The notes under the pieces: model-generated | The model's input: the letters and a program-made list of their open reading frames with translations, nothing else | Databases searched by the model: none | What the model was told of the DNA's origin: nothing | Source of the DNA: Pseudomonas sp. | Lineage (GTDB): Bacteria; Pseudomonadota; Gammaproteobacteria; Pseudomonadales; Pseudomonadaceae | DNA: 64,000 nt | Assembly: GCA_038147895.1 (NCBI GenBank) | Contig: JAYQUJ010000010.1 | Span: 312 to 64,311, forward strand | Direction of reading: 5' to 3' | Made by a program: the position numbers and the translations under genes | Shown: positions 38,571-50,528 of the stretch, piece by piece | Position numbering within the stretch: position 1 is the stretch's first letter | Layout: each line of letters begins with the position of its first letter

Positions 38571-40063
38571 ATCATGCGCTGATCCTGCCGATCCTCATTC
38601 CCCTATTTGCCGGCGGCCTGTTGCTGCTGGGCGGGCGCACCCGCATGGCGGCGCAGCGCACCCTGTCGCTGCTGGCCACCCTGGCCTTGTTGCCGGTCAG
38701 CCTGTGGCTGGTGCAGCTGGCCGGGCAGGGCGAGTTGCAGCAGTACGCCCTGGGCAACTGGGCTGCCCCGTTTGGCATCGTGCTGCTGCTCGATCGCCTG
38801 AGCGCGCTGATGTTGATGCTGACCGCCGTGCTGGCGGTGTTCGCCCTGCTGTATGCGATACGTGGCGATGACGAGCGTGGGGCCAGTTTTCATGCGTTGT
38901 TCCAGTTCCAGCTGCTGGGCATCAATGGCGCCTTTCTCACCGGCGACCTGTTCAACCTGTTCGTGTTCTTCGAGATCCTGCTGATCGCCTCCTACGCGCT
39001 GCTGCTGCATGGCGGTGGTCGCGAGCGGGTGAGGGCGGGGCTGCACTATGTGGTGCTCAACCTGCTGGGCTCGGCGCTGTTCCTGATCGCCGTGGGCACC
39101 CTGTATGGCATTACCGGCACCCTGAACATGGCCGATCTGGCGGTGAAGGTGGCTGCTGCCTCTGCGGATCAGGCGCCGATTCTGGGGGCTGCCGGCCTGT
39201 TGCTGTTGCTGGTGTTCGGTCTCAAGGCGGCCTTTCTGCCGCTGTATTTCTGGCTGCCGAGCGCCTATGCCTCGGCCAGTGCGCCGGTGGCGGCGCTGTT
39301 CGCCATCATGACCAAGGTAGGTCTGTATTCGATTCTGCGGGTTTACACCCTGGTGTTTGGCAGCGAGGCCGGCAGCCTGGCCAACCTGGCTCAGGAGTGG
39401 CTCTGGCCACTGGCCCTGTTAACCCTGGCCGCGGGCGTGCTCGGTGCCCTGTCCGCCAGCAGCCTGCAGCGGTTGATCGCCTATCTGCTGATCATTTCGG
39501 TGGGAACCCTGCTGGCTGGCATGGCCATCGGCACACCGGCCTCGCTGCAGGCGGCTCTGTATTACTGGCTACACACCACCTGGGTATCGGCGGCCATGTT
39601 CCTGCTGGTCGATCTGGTTTCGCGCCAGCGTGGCGACAAGGCGGGCGATCTGGTCCAAGGCCCGGCACTGCAGCACCCACGCCTGCTTGGCGGCCTGTTT
39701 TTCCTCGGCGCCATCGCCATTGCCGGTTTGCCGCCGTTGTCCGGCTTTATCGGCAAGCTGTTGCTGTTGCGTGCCGCCAGCGACTGGCATTACGCCCTGT
39801 GGCTGTGGCCGCTGCTGCTGGTCGGCGGTCTGGCCATGCTGGTGGCTCTCAGTCGCGCAGGCAGCACCGTTTTCTGGCGCGTCGGCCTGGATCAGCTGGA
39901 TAGCTCGGAGCTCGATCGTGGTCGTCTGCTGGCCTGCATCGGCCTGTTCCTGCTCAGCCCGCTGCTGACCCTGCTGGCCGCCCCCGTGCTGGATTACCTG
40001 AGCGCCGCGGCGTTGCAACTGCAGGACGTGAATACCTATCTGCTGCTCGGAGGTGGCCAATGA
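38567..40063 (+). CDS. Mrp antiporter subunit D (NuoM/N-like)
   Basis: 498 aa. ATGA overlap. Confidence 0.9.
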   Translation: MNHALILPILIPLFAGGLLLLGGRTRMAAQRTLSLLATLALLPVSLWLVQLAGQGELQQYALGNWAAPFGIVLLLDRLSALMLMLTAVLAVFALLYAIRGDDERGASFHALFQFQLLGINGAFLTGDLFNLFVFFEILLIASYALLLHGGGRERVRAGLHYVVLNLLGSALFLIAVGTLYGITGTLNMADLAVKVAAASADQAPILGAAGLLLLLVFGLKAAFLPLYFWLPSAYASASAPVAALFAIMTKVGLYSILRVYTLVFGSEAGSLANLAQEWLWPLALLTLAAGVLGALSASSLQRLIAYLLIISVGTLLAGMAIGTPASLQAALYYWLHTTWVSAAMFLLVDLVSRQRGDKAGDLVQGPALQHPRLLGGLFFLGAIAIAGLPPLSGFIGKLLLLRAASDWHYALWLWPLLLVGGLAMLVALSRAGSTVFWRVGLDQLDSSELDRGRLLACIGLFLLSPLLTLLAAPVLDYLSAAALQLQDVNTYLLLGGGQ

Positions 40064-40563
40064 GAACCTGGCGCTGGCTACCGCACCCACTGCTGAGCCT
40101 GTTCCTGCTGCTGCTCTGGTTGCTGTTGGTCAATGACTTCAGCTTCGGCCATGTGCTGCTGGGGGCTTTTCTGGGCTGGGTGATTCCTCTGGTTTCTCAG
40201 CTGTTCTGGATCAATCCGCCGCAGATTGCCAAGCCCTGGCAGCTGTGCCGTTTCCTGCTGCTGGTGCTGTTCGACATCATCGTCGCCAACTTGCAGGTAG
40301 CGCGCCTGGTACTCAACCCGTTCACGCGTCCGCGTCCGGCTTTCGTCGAGGTGCCGCTGGAGCTGACCGACGAACTGGCGCTGACCATGCTGGCCAGCAT
40401 CATCTGCCTGACGCCGGGCACAGTGTCCGCCGACCTCAGTGCCGATCGCCGCACCCTGCTGCTGCATTGCCTGGATATCGACGACGAGGCCGCGCTGGTG
40501 GCGCAGATCAAACAGCGCTACGAGCGTCCGCTGCTGGAGGTATTCGCATGCTCGCCTACGTGA
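40060..40563 (+). CDS. Mrp antiporter subunit E
   Basis: 167 aa. ATGA overlap. Confidence 0.85.
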   Translation: MRTWRWLPHPLLSLFLLLLWLLLVNDFSFGHVLLGAFLGWVIPLVSQLFWINPPQIAKPWQLCRFLLLVLFDIIVANLQVARLVLNPFTRPRPAFVEVPLELTDELALTMLASIICLTPGTVSADLSADRRTLLLHCLDIDDEAALVAQIKQRYERPLLEVFACSPT

Positions 40564-40817
40564 TTCCCCTGTGCGTCGCCCTGGTCGGGCTGGCGCTGTT
40601 GCTGACTCTGGTGCGGCTGATCCGCGGGCCGAGCATGCCTGATCGCATCCTGGCCCTGGATACCCTGTACATCAATGCAATTGCCCTGATCGTACTGCTG
40701 GGCATCTGGGAGGGCTCCGACCTGTACTTCGAAGCGGCCCTGCTGATCGCGGTAATGGGCTTCATCGGCACGGTGGCGGTGACCAAGTACCTGTTGCGCG
40801 GCGACATCATCGAGTAG
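40548..40817 (+). CDS. Mrp antiporter subunit F
   Basis: MLAYVIPLCVALVGLALLL...RGPS..DR..ALD. GGAGG lies 7 nt upstream of ATG 40548. An alternative start is GTG 40560. Confidence 0.82.
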   Translation: MLAYVIPLCVALVGLALLLTLVRLIRGPSMPDRILALDTLYINAIALIVLLGIWEGSDLYFEAALLIAVMGFIGTVAVTKYLLRGDIIE

Positions 40818-40826
40818 GAGCGACGC

Positions 40827-41159
40827 ATGAATATCTGGATCGAAGCCTTGGTCGCGTTCTTTCTGCTGGCCGGCAGCCTGTTCACCCTGGTTGGCGCTAT
40901 CGGCCTGGTGCGCCTGCCGGATTTCTATACCCGCCTGCACAGCCCGACCAAGGCCACGACCCTGGGTGTCGGCGGGCTGGTGGTCGCCTCCATGCTGTTC
41001 TTCGGCGCCGGCGATGAGGTGCTCAGCCTGCATGAGCTGCTGATCACCCTGTTTCTCTTCATCACTGCGCCGGTCAGTGCGCACATGCTGGCCAAGGCCG
41101 CCTTGCAGCAGAAGCTGCCTATCGACTCGGCCACTCGCGGCAACCCCTGGGAGGAGTGA
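40827..41159 (+). CDS. Mrp antiporter subunit G
   Basis: 110 aa. ...PDFYTRLH...K..TLG motif. Confidence 0.88.
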   Translation: MNIWIEALVAFFLLAGSLFTLVGAIGLVRLPDFYTRLHSPTKATTLGVGGLVVASMLFFGAGDEVLSLHELLITLFLFITAPVSAHMLAKAALQQKLPIDSATRGNPWEE

Positions 41160-41256
41160 CCTCGCCAGGTAGGCGGGAGCACAGTTTTCCTTGCCTGCTG
41201 TGTCTGTCCGGGCTCTGTCGCAGCTTCTAGACTGTCGGTTTTCTGGAGATACAGTG

Positions 41257-42156
41257 ATGCAGGGGCGGACATTCGCAACGCTTTGCCTGGTGCTGGCCAT
41301 GGCGCTGTGGGGCAGCTCCTTCATCGCCCTCAAGCTGGCCTTTGCCGAGCTGCCGCCGATGTGGGTGGTGTTCGGGCGTATGGCCATCGGCAGCCTGGTG
41401 TTCCTGCTGGCCTGGCGCTGGAGAGGGCGTGTCGAGTACCGCCCTGGCGACTGGCGCTACCTGCTGTTGCTCGCGGCTTGCGAGCCCTGCCTGTACTTCA
41501 TCTTTGAAGCCTTGGCGCTGCAGCACACCAGCGCTTCCCAGGCGGGGATGATCACGGCCTTGCTGCCCATGCTGGTGGCGGTGGGCGCCTTCTTTTTCCT
41601 GCGTGAACGCATCGCTGCGACTACCTGGGCAGGCTTTCTCCTGGCGTTGATCGGGGCACTGTGGCTGAGCCTGATCGGCGAAGCCGATGCCAGTGCGCCG
41701 GCACCGCTGCTGGGCAATTTCTACGAGTTTCTCGCCGTGCTCTGCGCCACGGCTTATTCCCTGTTGCTCAAGCGCCTGTGCGAGCGCTACTCGCCCTTTG
41801 TGCTGACCGCCATGCAGGCCTTTATCGGCACGCTGTTCTTTCTGCCGCTGGCGTTGGCGGGTGAGTCGTTACCGGCCGAGCTGAGCTTCCAGGGCATTGC
41901 TGCGGTGGTTTATCTGGGGCTGCTGGTCACGGTAGGGGCCTATGGCCTGTACAACTTCGGCGTCAGTCGCCTGCCGGTCAGCCAGGCATCCGGTTTCACC
42001 AACCTGCTGCCGGTATTCACTCTGCTGTTCGCTGCACTGCTGCTTGGCGAGAGCCTGAGCTCCTGGCAGTACGTCGCGGCAGCCCTAGTGTTTGCCGGGG
42101 TCGCATTGAGCCAGTGGCGGGGCAGTACCCCGGTGCCGGCCGGTATTCTCGATTGA
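41257..42156 (+). CDS. DMT superfamily (EamA) transporter
   Basis: 299 aa, 10 TM helices, two EamA repeats. GGAG lies 8 nt upstream of ATG 41257. Confidence 0.85.
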   Translation: MQGRTFATLCLVLAMALWGSSFIALKLAFAELPPMWVVFGRMAIGSLVFLLAWRWRGRVEYRPGDWRYLLLLAACEPCLYFIFEALALQHTSASQAGMITALLPMLVAVGAFFFLRERIAATTWAGFLLALIGALWLSLIGEADASAPAPLLGNFYEFLAVLCATAYSLLLKRLCERYSPFVLTAMQAFIGTLFFLPLALAGESLPAELSFQGIAAVVYLGLLVTVGAYGLYNFGVSRLPVSQASGFTNLLPVFTLLFAALLLGESLSSWQYVAAALVFAGVALSQWRGSTPVPAGILD

Positions 42157-42166
42157 GGACTCATCC

Positions 42167-43261
42167 ATGACCTATCCACGCCACTGGGCACGCGAGGCGG
42201 TACGCATTATCGAGGCGGACTTCCAGCGTAGCGCCGATACCCACCTGATTCCCCTGGAGTTGCCGGGGCTGCCGGGCGTCGAGCTGTATTTCAAGGACGA
42301 GTCCAGCCATCCCACCGGTAGCCTCAAACACCGCCTGGCCCGCTCGCTGTTTCTCTATGCCCTGTGCAATGGCTGGCTCAAGCCCGGCGCACCGGTGATT
42401 GAGGCATCCAGCGGTTCCACGGCAATTTCCGAGGCCTATTTCGCCCGCCTGCTGGGGCTGCCATTCATTGCTGTGGTGCCGGTTGCTACCGCCAAGGAAA
42501 AGCTGGCGCAGATCGCTTTTTACGGCGGTCGAGCCCATCTGGTGGACGATCCCACGCAGATCCATGCCGAATCCATGCGCCTGGCCAGGGAAAGCGGTGG
42601 CCACTTCATGGATCAGTTCACCTACGCCGAGCGTGCCACCGACTGGCGGGCGAACAACAACATCGCCGAGTCGATCTTCCAGCAGATGCGTCACGAGTCG
42701 CGCCCAGTGCCGGACTGGCTGGTGTCCAGCCCCGGCACTGGCGGCACTCTGGCGACCCTGGGGCGTTATGTGCGCTACCGCCAGCACAGCACCCGAGTGC
42801 TGTGCGCCGATGCCGAGCGCTCGGTGTTCTTCGACAGCTATGTCAGCGGCGACCCTAGCCTGACCCTGGACTGTGGCTCGCGCATCGAGGGCATCGGCCG
42901 GCCGCGGGTCGAGCCTTCGTTCATGCCGGATGTGCTGGACGCCATGTGCAAGGTGCCCGATGCCCTGTCCCTGGCAGCCATGCACTACCTGGCGCAGCGC
43001 CTGGGGCGGCGGGTCGGTGCCTCCAGCGGTACCAACCTGGTTGGTGCCCTGCTGGTGGCGCAGCGCATGGTCGAGGCGGGTGAGCGTGGCTCGGTGGTGG
43101 CCATTCTCTGTGATGGCGGCGAGCGCTATGCCACCACTTACTACGACGACCTCTGGCTGAGTGGCCAGGGCTATGTGCTGGCACCGCTGATCGAGCAGGT
43201 GCGCGCCTGCGCCGAAGAGGGCGCGGCGCTACCCAAGCTGGATAATCTGTTCCGCAGTTAA
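42167..43261 (+). CDS. PLP-dependent cysteine synthase / Trp-synthase-beta superfamily protein
   Basis: SHPTGSLKHR (PLP lysine) and SPGTGGT loop. 364 aa. Confidence 0.82.
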   Translation: MTYPRHWAREAVRIIEADFQRSADTHLIPLELPGLPGVELYFKDESSHPTGSLKHRLARSLFLYALCNGWLKPGAPVIEASSGSTAISEAYFARLLGLPFIAVVPVATAKEKLAQIAFYGGRAHLVDDPTQIHAESMRLARESGGHFMDQFTYAERATDWRANNNIAESIFQQMRHESRPVPDWLVSSPGTGGTLATLGRYVRYRQHSTRVLCADAERSVFFDSYVSGDPSLTLDCGSRIEGIGRPRVEPSFMPDVLDAMCKVPDALSLAAMHYLAQRLGRRVGASSGTNLVGALLVAQRMVEAGERGSVVAILCDGGERYATTYYDDLWLSGQGYVLAPLIEQVRACAEEGAALPKLDNLFRS

Positions 43262-45204
43262 CTCTGCCAGGGGGCTGGGGCGCCGATCAGGCGGCCCATG
43301 GCGCCATCGATACCCAGCTCCGTGAGCACTGCCAGTTCGCCTTCGGTTTCGACCATCTCGGCAATCAATGGCAGATCGATACTGTTGGTGGCGCGGAAGA
43401 TGGCTTCGATGAATACCCGTTTGTCGTCTTCCTGGTCGATGGCGCGGATGTAGCTGCCATCGATCTTCAGGTAGGCCAGGCCCAGGTGGGTGAGGTTGCC
43501 GATCAGGCTGAAGCGCCCACCGAAGTGCTGCAGCCCCAGGTTGAAACCGGTTTCGCGCACCTGCTGGCTGAGCTTTTCCAACTCGGCAGCCGGAGGCAGG
43601 TGGCGCTCGTCCAGTTCCAGGGTCATCAGCTCGCCTTGCTCGGGGTGGGCCCTGAGCATCTCCAGCAGCTTGTTCAACTGGTCGGGTTCGCGCAGGGTCG
43701 CGGCGGACAGGCTCAGTGCCAGTGGCTGCGGATGGCTGCTCAGGTGAGCCAGGCTGTGTTCGAGCATGGCAAGGTCGAAACGCGCGGTCCAGCCGAGGCG
43801 TTCAATCCAGGGCAGGAAGCGGCCTGCAGCGATGGCTTCGCCCTGTGGGTCGAGCAGGCGGGCCAGCACTTTCTGGTGGATCACCTGGGTGCGTTCGGTG
43901 CAGTCGACCACCGCCTGGAAATACAGTTGCAGTTTGCCCTGGTTGAGCGCTTCGTCGATCCACTTGCGCCAGTCGTGCTGGCCCTGACCGGCCAGGGCAT
44001 TGAAGTCGTCCACCCGCTCCCAGGGTTTACCGGGGTTGGCCTGGGCCTGGGCCAGGGCCTGGTCGGCGCGGGCGATCACCGTGCTGGCTTCCTCGCCGGG
44101 TTTGAACGCGGCGATACCCAGATGGGTGACCGGCGTGCAGTCGCTGGCACCGGTCTGGCGCAGGCTTTCCAGGCTTTCGGTCAGGCTCATGGCCAGGCGG
44201 TCGGCATCCTCGCCGGCCAGGCCTGGCGCCAGCAGGGTGAACTCGCCGCCGCGGCTGCGCGAGGCCAGCCAGTCCGGGCTGCCGCGTTCTGCGAGCAGGC
44301 GCTTGAGGATGTCGCCGATGGCGCTGATCAATTCGTCGGTCTTCTGTCCGCCAAGGCGCTGGTTGAGGCCGCCGAGGTCATTGACCCGCAGGAACATCAC
44401 GTAGCCCTCGGCGTTCTGCTCGCTGACGTCCAGCTGGCTGGCCAGTTTGATGTCGAACAGGCGGCGGTTGGCCAGGCCGGTGAGGGTGTCTTGGTAGGCC
44501 TCCTCGCGCAGCTTCTCGCTGCGTGCAGCCTCTTCGGCGAACAGCTGCTTGAGCTTCTCGACCATCTGGTTCATCGCCAGCACTACACGCTTGAGTTCGG
44601 GGGTGCGCGGTACGCGGGGCAGGGTGAGGAATTCGCGGCGGGTGATGGCCTGGGCCTGGTGCACCATGTTGTCCAACGGTCGCAGCTGGGTACGCAGCAG
44701 CCAGCCGCCGAGGATGGCGCTGACCACCCCGCACAGCAGCAGCCAGAGCAGGCTGCCGATGGCGCTGTCCCACAGTTTGGCCAACGCGAACTGGGGATGG
44801 CTGAGCACTTCGACACGCGCGGCCTGTTCCCAGCCACGCATGATCAACGCGTCGCCACCTTGCGGGTCGAGGTCGACCATGTCGACGAACCAGGCCGGCA
44901 CCTTGTCCGAGGTGGTGGTGGTGCGCCGCTCCACCATCACTTCGTCGCCGGGGATGCGCACCACGCGGATGGTGGCGAAGTAGCCGCTGTCGAAGATCGA
45001 GCTGACCATCAGTTCGATCATCGCCGGATCATCGATATGTGGCGTCATCGACAGGCCGAGGGCGGTGGCTGCGTCCTGCGCGTGGGAGCGCAACTGGCCG
45101 AGCAGCTGTTCCCGGGAGCTCTCCACGCCGGAAATGAAGCTGCCGGTGAAGGCCACCACGAGGAACAGGCAGATGGCGAGAAATAGCTGTTTCAACAGGG
45201 ACAT
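43258..45204 (-). CDS. lapD: LapD-type c-di-GMP receptor: LapD/MoxY periplasmic domain, HAMP, degenerate GGDEF and EAL
   Basis: Periplasmic ...IMRGWEQA... loop. RGGEF in place of GGDEF. KVLAR in place of EAL. 648 aa. Immediately downstream of lapG. Confidence 0.85.
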   Translation of the reverse strand: MSLLKQLFLAICLFLVVAFTGSFISGVESSREQLLGQLRSHAQDAATALGLSMTPHIDDPAMIELMVSSIFDSGYFATIRVVRIPGDEVMVERRTTTTSDKVPAWFVDMVDLDPQGGDALIMRGWEQAARVEVLSHPQFALAKLWDSAIGSLLWLLLCGVVSAILGGWLLRTQLRPLDNMVHQAQAITRREFLTLPRVPRTPELKRVVLAMNQMVEKLKQLFAEEAARSEKLREEAYQDTLTGLANRRLFDIKLASQLDVSEQNAEGYVMFLRVNDLGGLNQRLGGQKTDELISAIGDILKRLLAERGSPDWLASRSRGGEFTLLAPGLAGEDADRLAMSLTESLESLRQTGASDCTPVTHLGIAAFKPGEEASTVIARADQALAQAQANPGKPWERVDDFNALAGQGQHDWRKWIDEALNQGKLQLYFQAVVDCTERTQVIHQKVLARLLDPQGEAIAAGRFLPWIERLGWTARFDLAMLEHSLAHLSSHPQPLALSLSAATLREPDQLNKLLEMLRAHPEQGELMTLELDERHLPPAAELEKLSQQVRETGFNLGLQHFGGRFSLIGNLTHLGLAYLKIDGSYIRAIDQEDDKRVFIEAIFRATNSIDLPLIAEMVETEGELAVLTELGIDGAMGRLIGAPAPWQS

Positions 45205-45213
45205 GGTCTTCTC

Positions 45214-45909
45214 CTAACCCTCGCCAATATCGAATCCTTCGGCGCGCATCTTCTTCAGCAGATCCTGCCAGCGCGAGAGTTTCTTGGTGTCGCTCTTCCT
45301 GCCGGTCTGGCCGGGCAGATAGAGGCCTTCAGCATTGAAGGCATAGACCGGCAGCAGATCCTTGCGCTGGGAGGCGGGACGGATTTCGCCGATCAGGTTG
45401 TCCAGTACCAGGGGCTCGGCCGTGGGGCTGGCGTAATAGGTCAGCACCATGTGCGCCTGGTTGTATTGCAGAGCCTTGACGTAGGTGATGCGCAGCTTTT
45501 CCGAGGGCACGCCGAGCCGGCGCAGAGTGAAGTATTTGGCGATGGAGTAGTCCTCGCAGTCGCCAGCGCCCTTGACCAGTGCCTCGATGGGGGTGGCCCA
45601 GTAGTCGTTCTGGCGCCAGTTGCGAATATCGTCGGAGAAGCGGAACTGGCGGTTGAAGAAGCGATTGACGCTGGCCAGCTTGTCTTTTTCGGGAAGGCTT
45701 TCGCTGGCACGGATCAGTTCGTCCCAGGCCTGGATGCGGCTCTTGGCATTGCCCAGGTTGCCGTAGCGTTTCTCCGCGTTGCCGAGGATCAGATCGAAGT
45801 TCCAGTTGGCCCTGGCTGTCAGCCCCAGCAGCAGTCCCAGCAATGCGCCCAGCACGAGCCAGCCTGCCGACAGGCGCCGGGTTCGTCCCTGGGGGCTGGG
45901 CAACGACAT
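45214..45909 (-). CDS. lapG: Transglutaminase-like periplasmic cysteine protease LapG
   Basis: GDCEDYSIAKY (catalytic Cys) and ...AHMVL...LDN (His/Asp). Its TAG stop overlaps the AGGAG RBS of lapD. ATG 45909 was chosen (GGAGAG 7 nt upstream); TTG 45948 is also possible. Confidence 0.85.
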   Translation of the reverse strand: MSLPSPQGRTRRLSAGWLVLGALLGLLLGLTARANWNFDLILGNAEKRYGNLGNAKSRIQAWDELIRASESLPEKDKLASVNRFFNRQFRFSDDIRNWRQNDYWATPIEALVKGAGDCEDYSIAKYFTLRRLGVPSEKLRITYVKALQYNQAHMVLTYYASPTAEPLVLDNLIGEIRPASQRKDLLPVYAFNAEGLYLPGQTGRKSDTKKLSRWQDLLKKMRAEGFDIGEG

Positions 45910-45978
45910 GAAGAGTCTCTCCATGAAAAGTCTGGAGAGTGTAGGCAAGGCACTGCAGCTTTGCCGCTTTCGCTTGGA

Positions 45979-46380
45979 TCAGCGGCTCGGCAGGGTCTTT
46001 TGTCGCAGGATGTAGAGGGTGACCAGTACCGCACTGGTAAGCATGAAGGCGCGAGCCCAGAACATCGGCACCAGGTAACAGGACAGGCTGATGCTGAGCC
46101 ACATCAGGCCGATGGCGTAGACCTTGCCCTTGAGCGGAATGCCATTGCCTTCCAGGTAGTCGCGGATCCACGGCCCGAGGTGTTTGTGGTTGACCAGCCA
46201 GAGGTAGAAACGCTGGGAACTACGCACGAAACAGGCGGCTGCCAGGAGCAGGAAGGGGGTAGTCGGCAGCACTGGTACGAAAATGCCGATCACCCCCAGT
46301 GCGACGCTCAGCCAGCCGATCACCAGCAGCGCATAACGCACGCTGCGGTGACGGCTTGGCTGGATGTCGGCGTGCGCCAT
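45979..46380 (-). CDS. ybaN: YbaN family (DUF454) inner-membrane protein
   Basis: GIFVPVLPTTPFLLLAAACFVRSSQRFYLWL motif. Confidence 0.85.
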   Translation of the reverse strand: MAHADIQPSRHRSVRYALLVIGWLSVALGVIGIFVPVLPTTPFLLLAAACFVRSSQRFYLWLVNHKHLGPWIRDYLEGNGIPLKGKVYAIGLMWLSISLSCYLVPMFWARAFMLTSAVLVTLYILRQKTLPSR

Positions 46381-46477
46381 CAGCGTTCGCTCCGACTTCT
46401 GCGCGAGAAGTCGCCGAGCGAAGAGCAGGCTGCTATCAACAACGCATGATCGAGCGCAGGCACTTATCGATCAGAAG

Positions 46478-47065
46478 TCAGTGGTGGCGGGGCTTGAGCA
46501 GCGCCGGCTTCTCTTCCGGGGCCTGGCAGAGCAGGAACAGGGCGGTGAGAACGTCCGGAATCTGGTCGACCATGCTGTCTACCAGCTGGTGATCGCGGGC
46601 GATTTCGGCGAATTCAGGCTGCTCGTCGAACAGGCCGGAGGCGACCATGATCGGCAGCAGCAGCTCGCTGACTTCGTCTTCGGAGTCCTCGAACCACACG
46701 GCTTCGCGCAGGAACACGCCTTCCATGAAACCGATGCACCAGCCGCGTAGCTCGGAGTCGTCCGGGTTTTCACCCAGGTCCAGGTCGCAGGGGATTTCCG
46801 GCTCGTCGTCGCCGGCCAGCTGGCGGGCGATGTGCGACTTGAGCAGGTGCAGGGTGATTTCCACTTCTTCGCGCTCGATGTCGCTGCGGTAGTGCGGCGG
46901 CTCGGCGAACAGTGCGTCGATCCACTCGCGCTCCGGCACCTGCTCGGGGCAGATCGACAGGGCGGTCAGGTAGCCGTGGGTGGCGATGTAGTCCAGCGCT
47001 TCCTCATGCAGATCATCGGCATCGAGAAAGGCTTGCAGGCGGGACAATTGCTCGGCGAAGGACAT
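46478..47065 (-). CDS. UPF0149 (YgfB/YecA N-terminal-like) family protein
   Basis: 195 aa, acidic. ...GYLTALSICPE...GWC.GFM.G... The start was moved to ATG 47065. Confidence 0.75.
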   Translation of the reverse strand: MSFAEQLSRLQAFLDADDLHEEALDYIATHGYLTALSICPEQVPEREWIDALFAEPPHYRSDIEREEVEITLHLLKSHIARQLAGDDEPEIPCDLDLGENPDDSELRGWCIGFMEGVFLREAVWFEDSEDEVSELLLPIMVASGLFDEQPEFAEIARDHQLVDSMVDQIPDVLTALFLLCQAPEEKPALLKPRHH

Positions 47066-47210
47066 CGTGGGACTACCTTGAGTGGGAAAACACCGGGATT
47101 CTAGCCGTCCAGCCCGGCAAAAGCACGGCCGACGGGCGAGGGCGCCCCGGCTGGCCGGCTCGCGTATACTGCGCGGCCGCTTCTGCAAACAATGGATGAC
47201 CCCGCCACCC

Positions 47211-49343
<2,133 letters not shown>

Positions 49344-49436
49344 TGGCCGCAAGAGTCGCTGCGCCTGGCGCATCTCGTCTCTCGGCTAGGCGCAGGTGGC
49401 TGTTAGGATCGCTGCACCTTCCCGTCGGGTGCATTC

Positions 49437-50441
49437 ATGGAACGACTGATCCAGGCCAATGGCCAACCCCGCTATGGCATCTTTTCCGGCGCGCCGGAGC
49501 AGATCAACTGGCGTGACTTCGACTTCCGCTCACCCATGGGGCGCCGACGTAGTGCCCTGGCCAAGTGGCGGCGCTATCACCAGTTCCAGTATTTCGGCCT
49601 GGTCAGTGACGAGCTGATCGGTGGCTGCGCCCTGGCCGACATCAGTCTGCTCAGCGTTGGTTTCGTCTATCTGTTCCAGCCGTCCACCGGGCGCATGATC
49701 GAGCGCCAGTTCAAGCGCCCGCTGGGTCTGGGAGCGAGTTTCTCGACGCAGCCCAATGCCGGTATCTGCGAGTTGCGCAGCGGCGCCAACCTGTTGCGTC
49801 TGGACAACCAGGGCGCCAGGAAAAGCCTGCTGGTGGAACTGGATGATGGCACGCATATCGAGGCGAGCTTCTCCGAAGAGCACTTCCAGCCCATGTGCAT
49901 CTGTACGCCGACGGCGGTCGATGGCTGGGTCTATGCGCAGAAGGTTGCGGGGGTTCGCTGCCAGGGGCAGGTACAGAGTGCGCTGGGTGACTTCGACCTG
50001 GCCGGTATCGACGCCTTCGCCCATCACGACTGGTCGGCCGGCTACATGCGCCCGGAGACGAACTGGAACTGGGCCTGCCTGTCCGGGCAGGTAGGCGCAA
50101 CGCGGGTGGGGCTCAACCTGTCCTGCGGAGTCAACGAAACCAGCTTCAGCGAGAACTGCTACTGGCTCGATGGCCAGCTGCTGCCGGTGGGCGGCGTGCA
50201 TTTCCAGTTCGATCGCGAGCAGCCGCTGGCGCCGTGGCGCATCGTTTCCGGGGATGGTCAGGTGGAGCTGACCTTTCGTGGCCATGGCCTGCACCGTGAG
50301 CGCTTGAATCTCGGTCTGCTGGCCAGCAACTTCAAGCAGGTGTTCGGTTGTTTTCAGGGCACATTGCGCCCGCCGGGGCGGCCGCCGATCCACATCGACA
50401 ATCTGTGGGGCTTTGTCGAGGATCAGTATGTCAAATGGTGA
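49437..50441 (+). CDS. DUF2804 family protein
   Basis: 334 aa. The family assignment is from sequence recollection only. Confidence 0.65.
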   Translation: MERLIQANGQPRYGIFSGAPEQINWRDFDFRSPMGRRRSALAKWRRYHQFQYFGLVSDELIGGCALADISLLSVGFVYLFQPSTGRMIERQFKRPLGLGASFSTQPNAGICELRSGANLLRLDNQGARKSLLVELDDGTHIEASFSEEHFQPMCICTPTAVDGWVYAQKVAGVRCQGQVQSALGDFDLAGIDAFAHHDWSAGYMRPETNWNWACLSGQVGATRVGLNLSCGVNETSFSENCYWLDGQLLPVGGVHFQFDREQPLAPWRIVSGDGQVELTFRGHGLHRERLNLGLLASNFKQVFGCFQGTLRPPGRPPIHIDNLWGFVEDQYVKW

Positions 50442-50528
50442 CATTGGGCTTGGCGGGCAGCTTTGCCGAGGTTATGGTTAGTTGACTAATAATTAGGTTT
50501 TTCTGCAGTCCGCACATGCCCAGGGGAG

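Noticed and set aside
43486-45186. 566-aa ORF antisense to lapD.
   Set aside because: Shadow ORF. The lapD frame carries clear HAMP, GGDEF and EAL architecture, whereas the antisense product is low-complexity.
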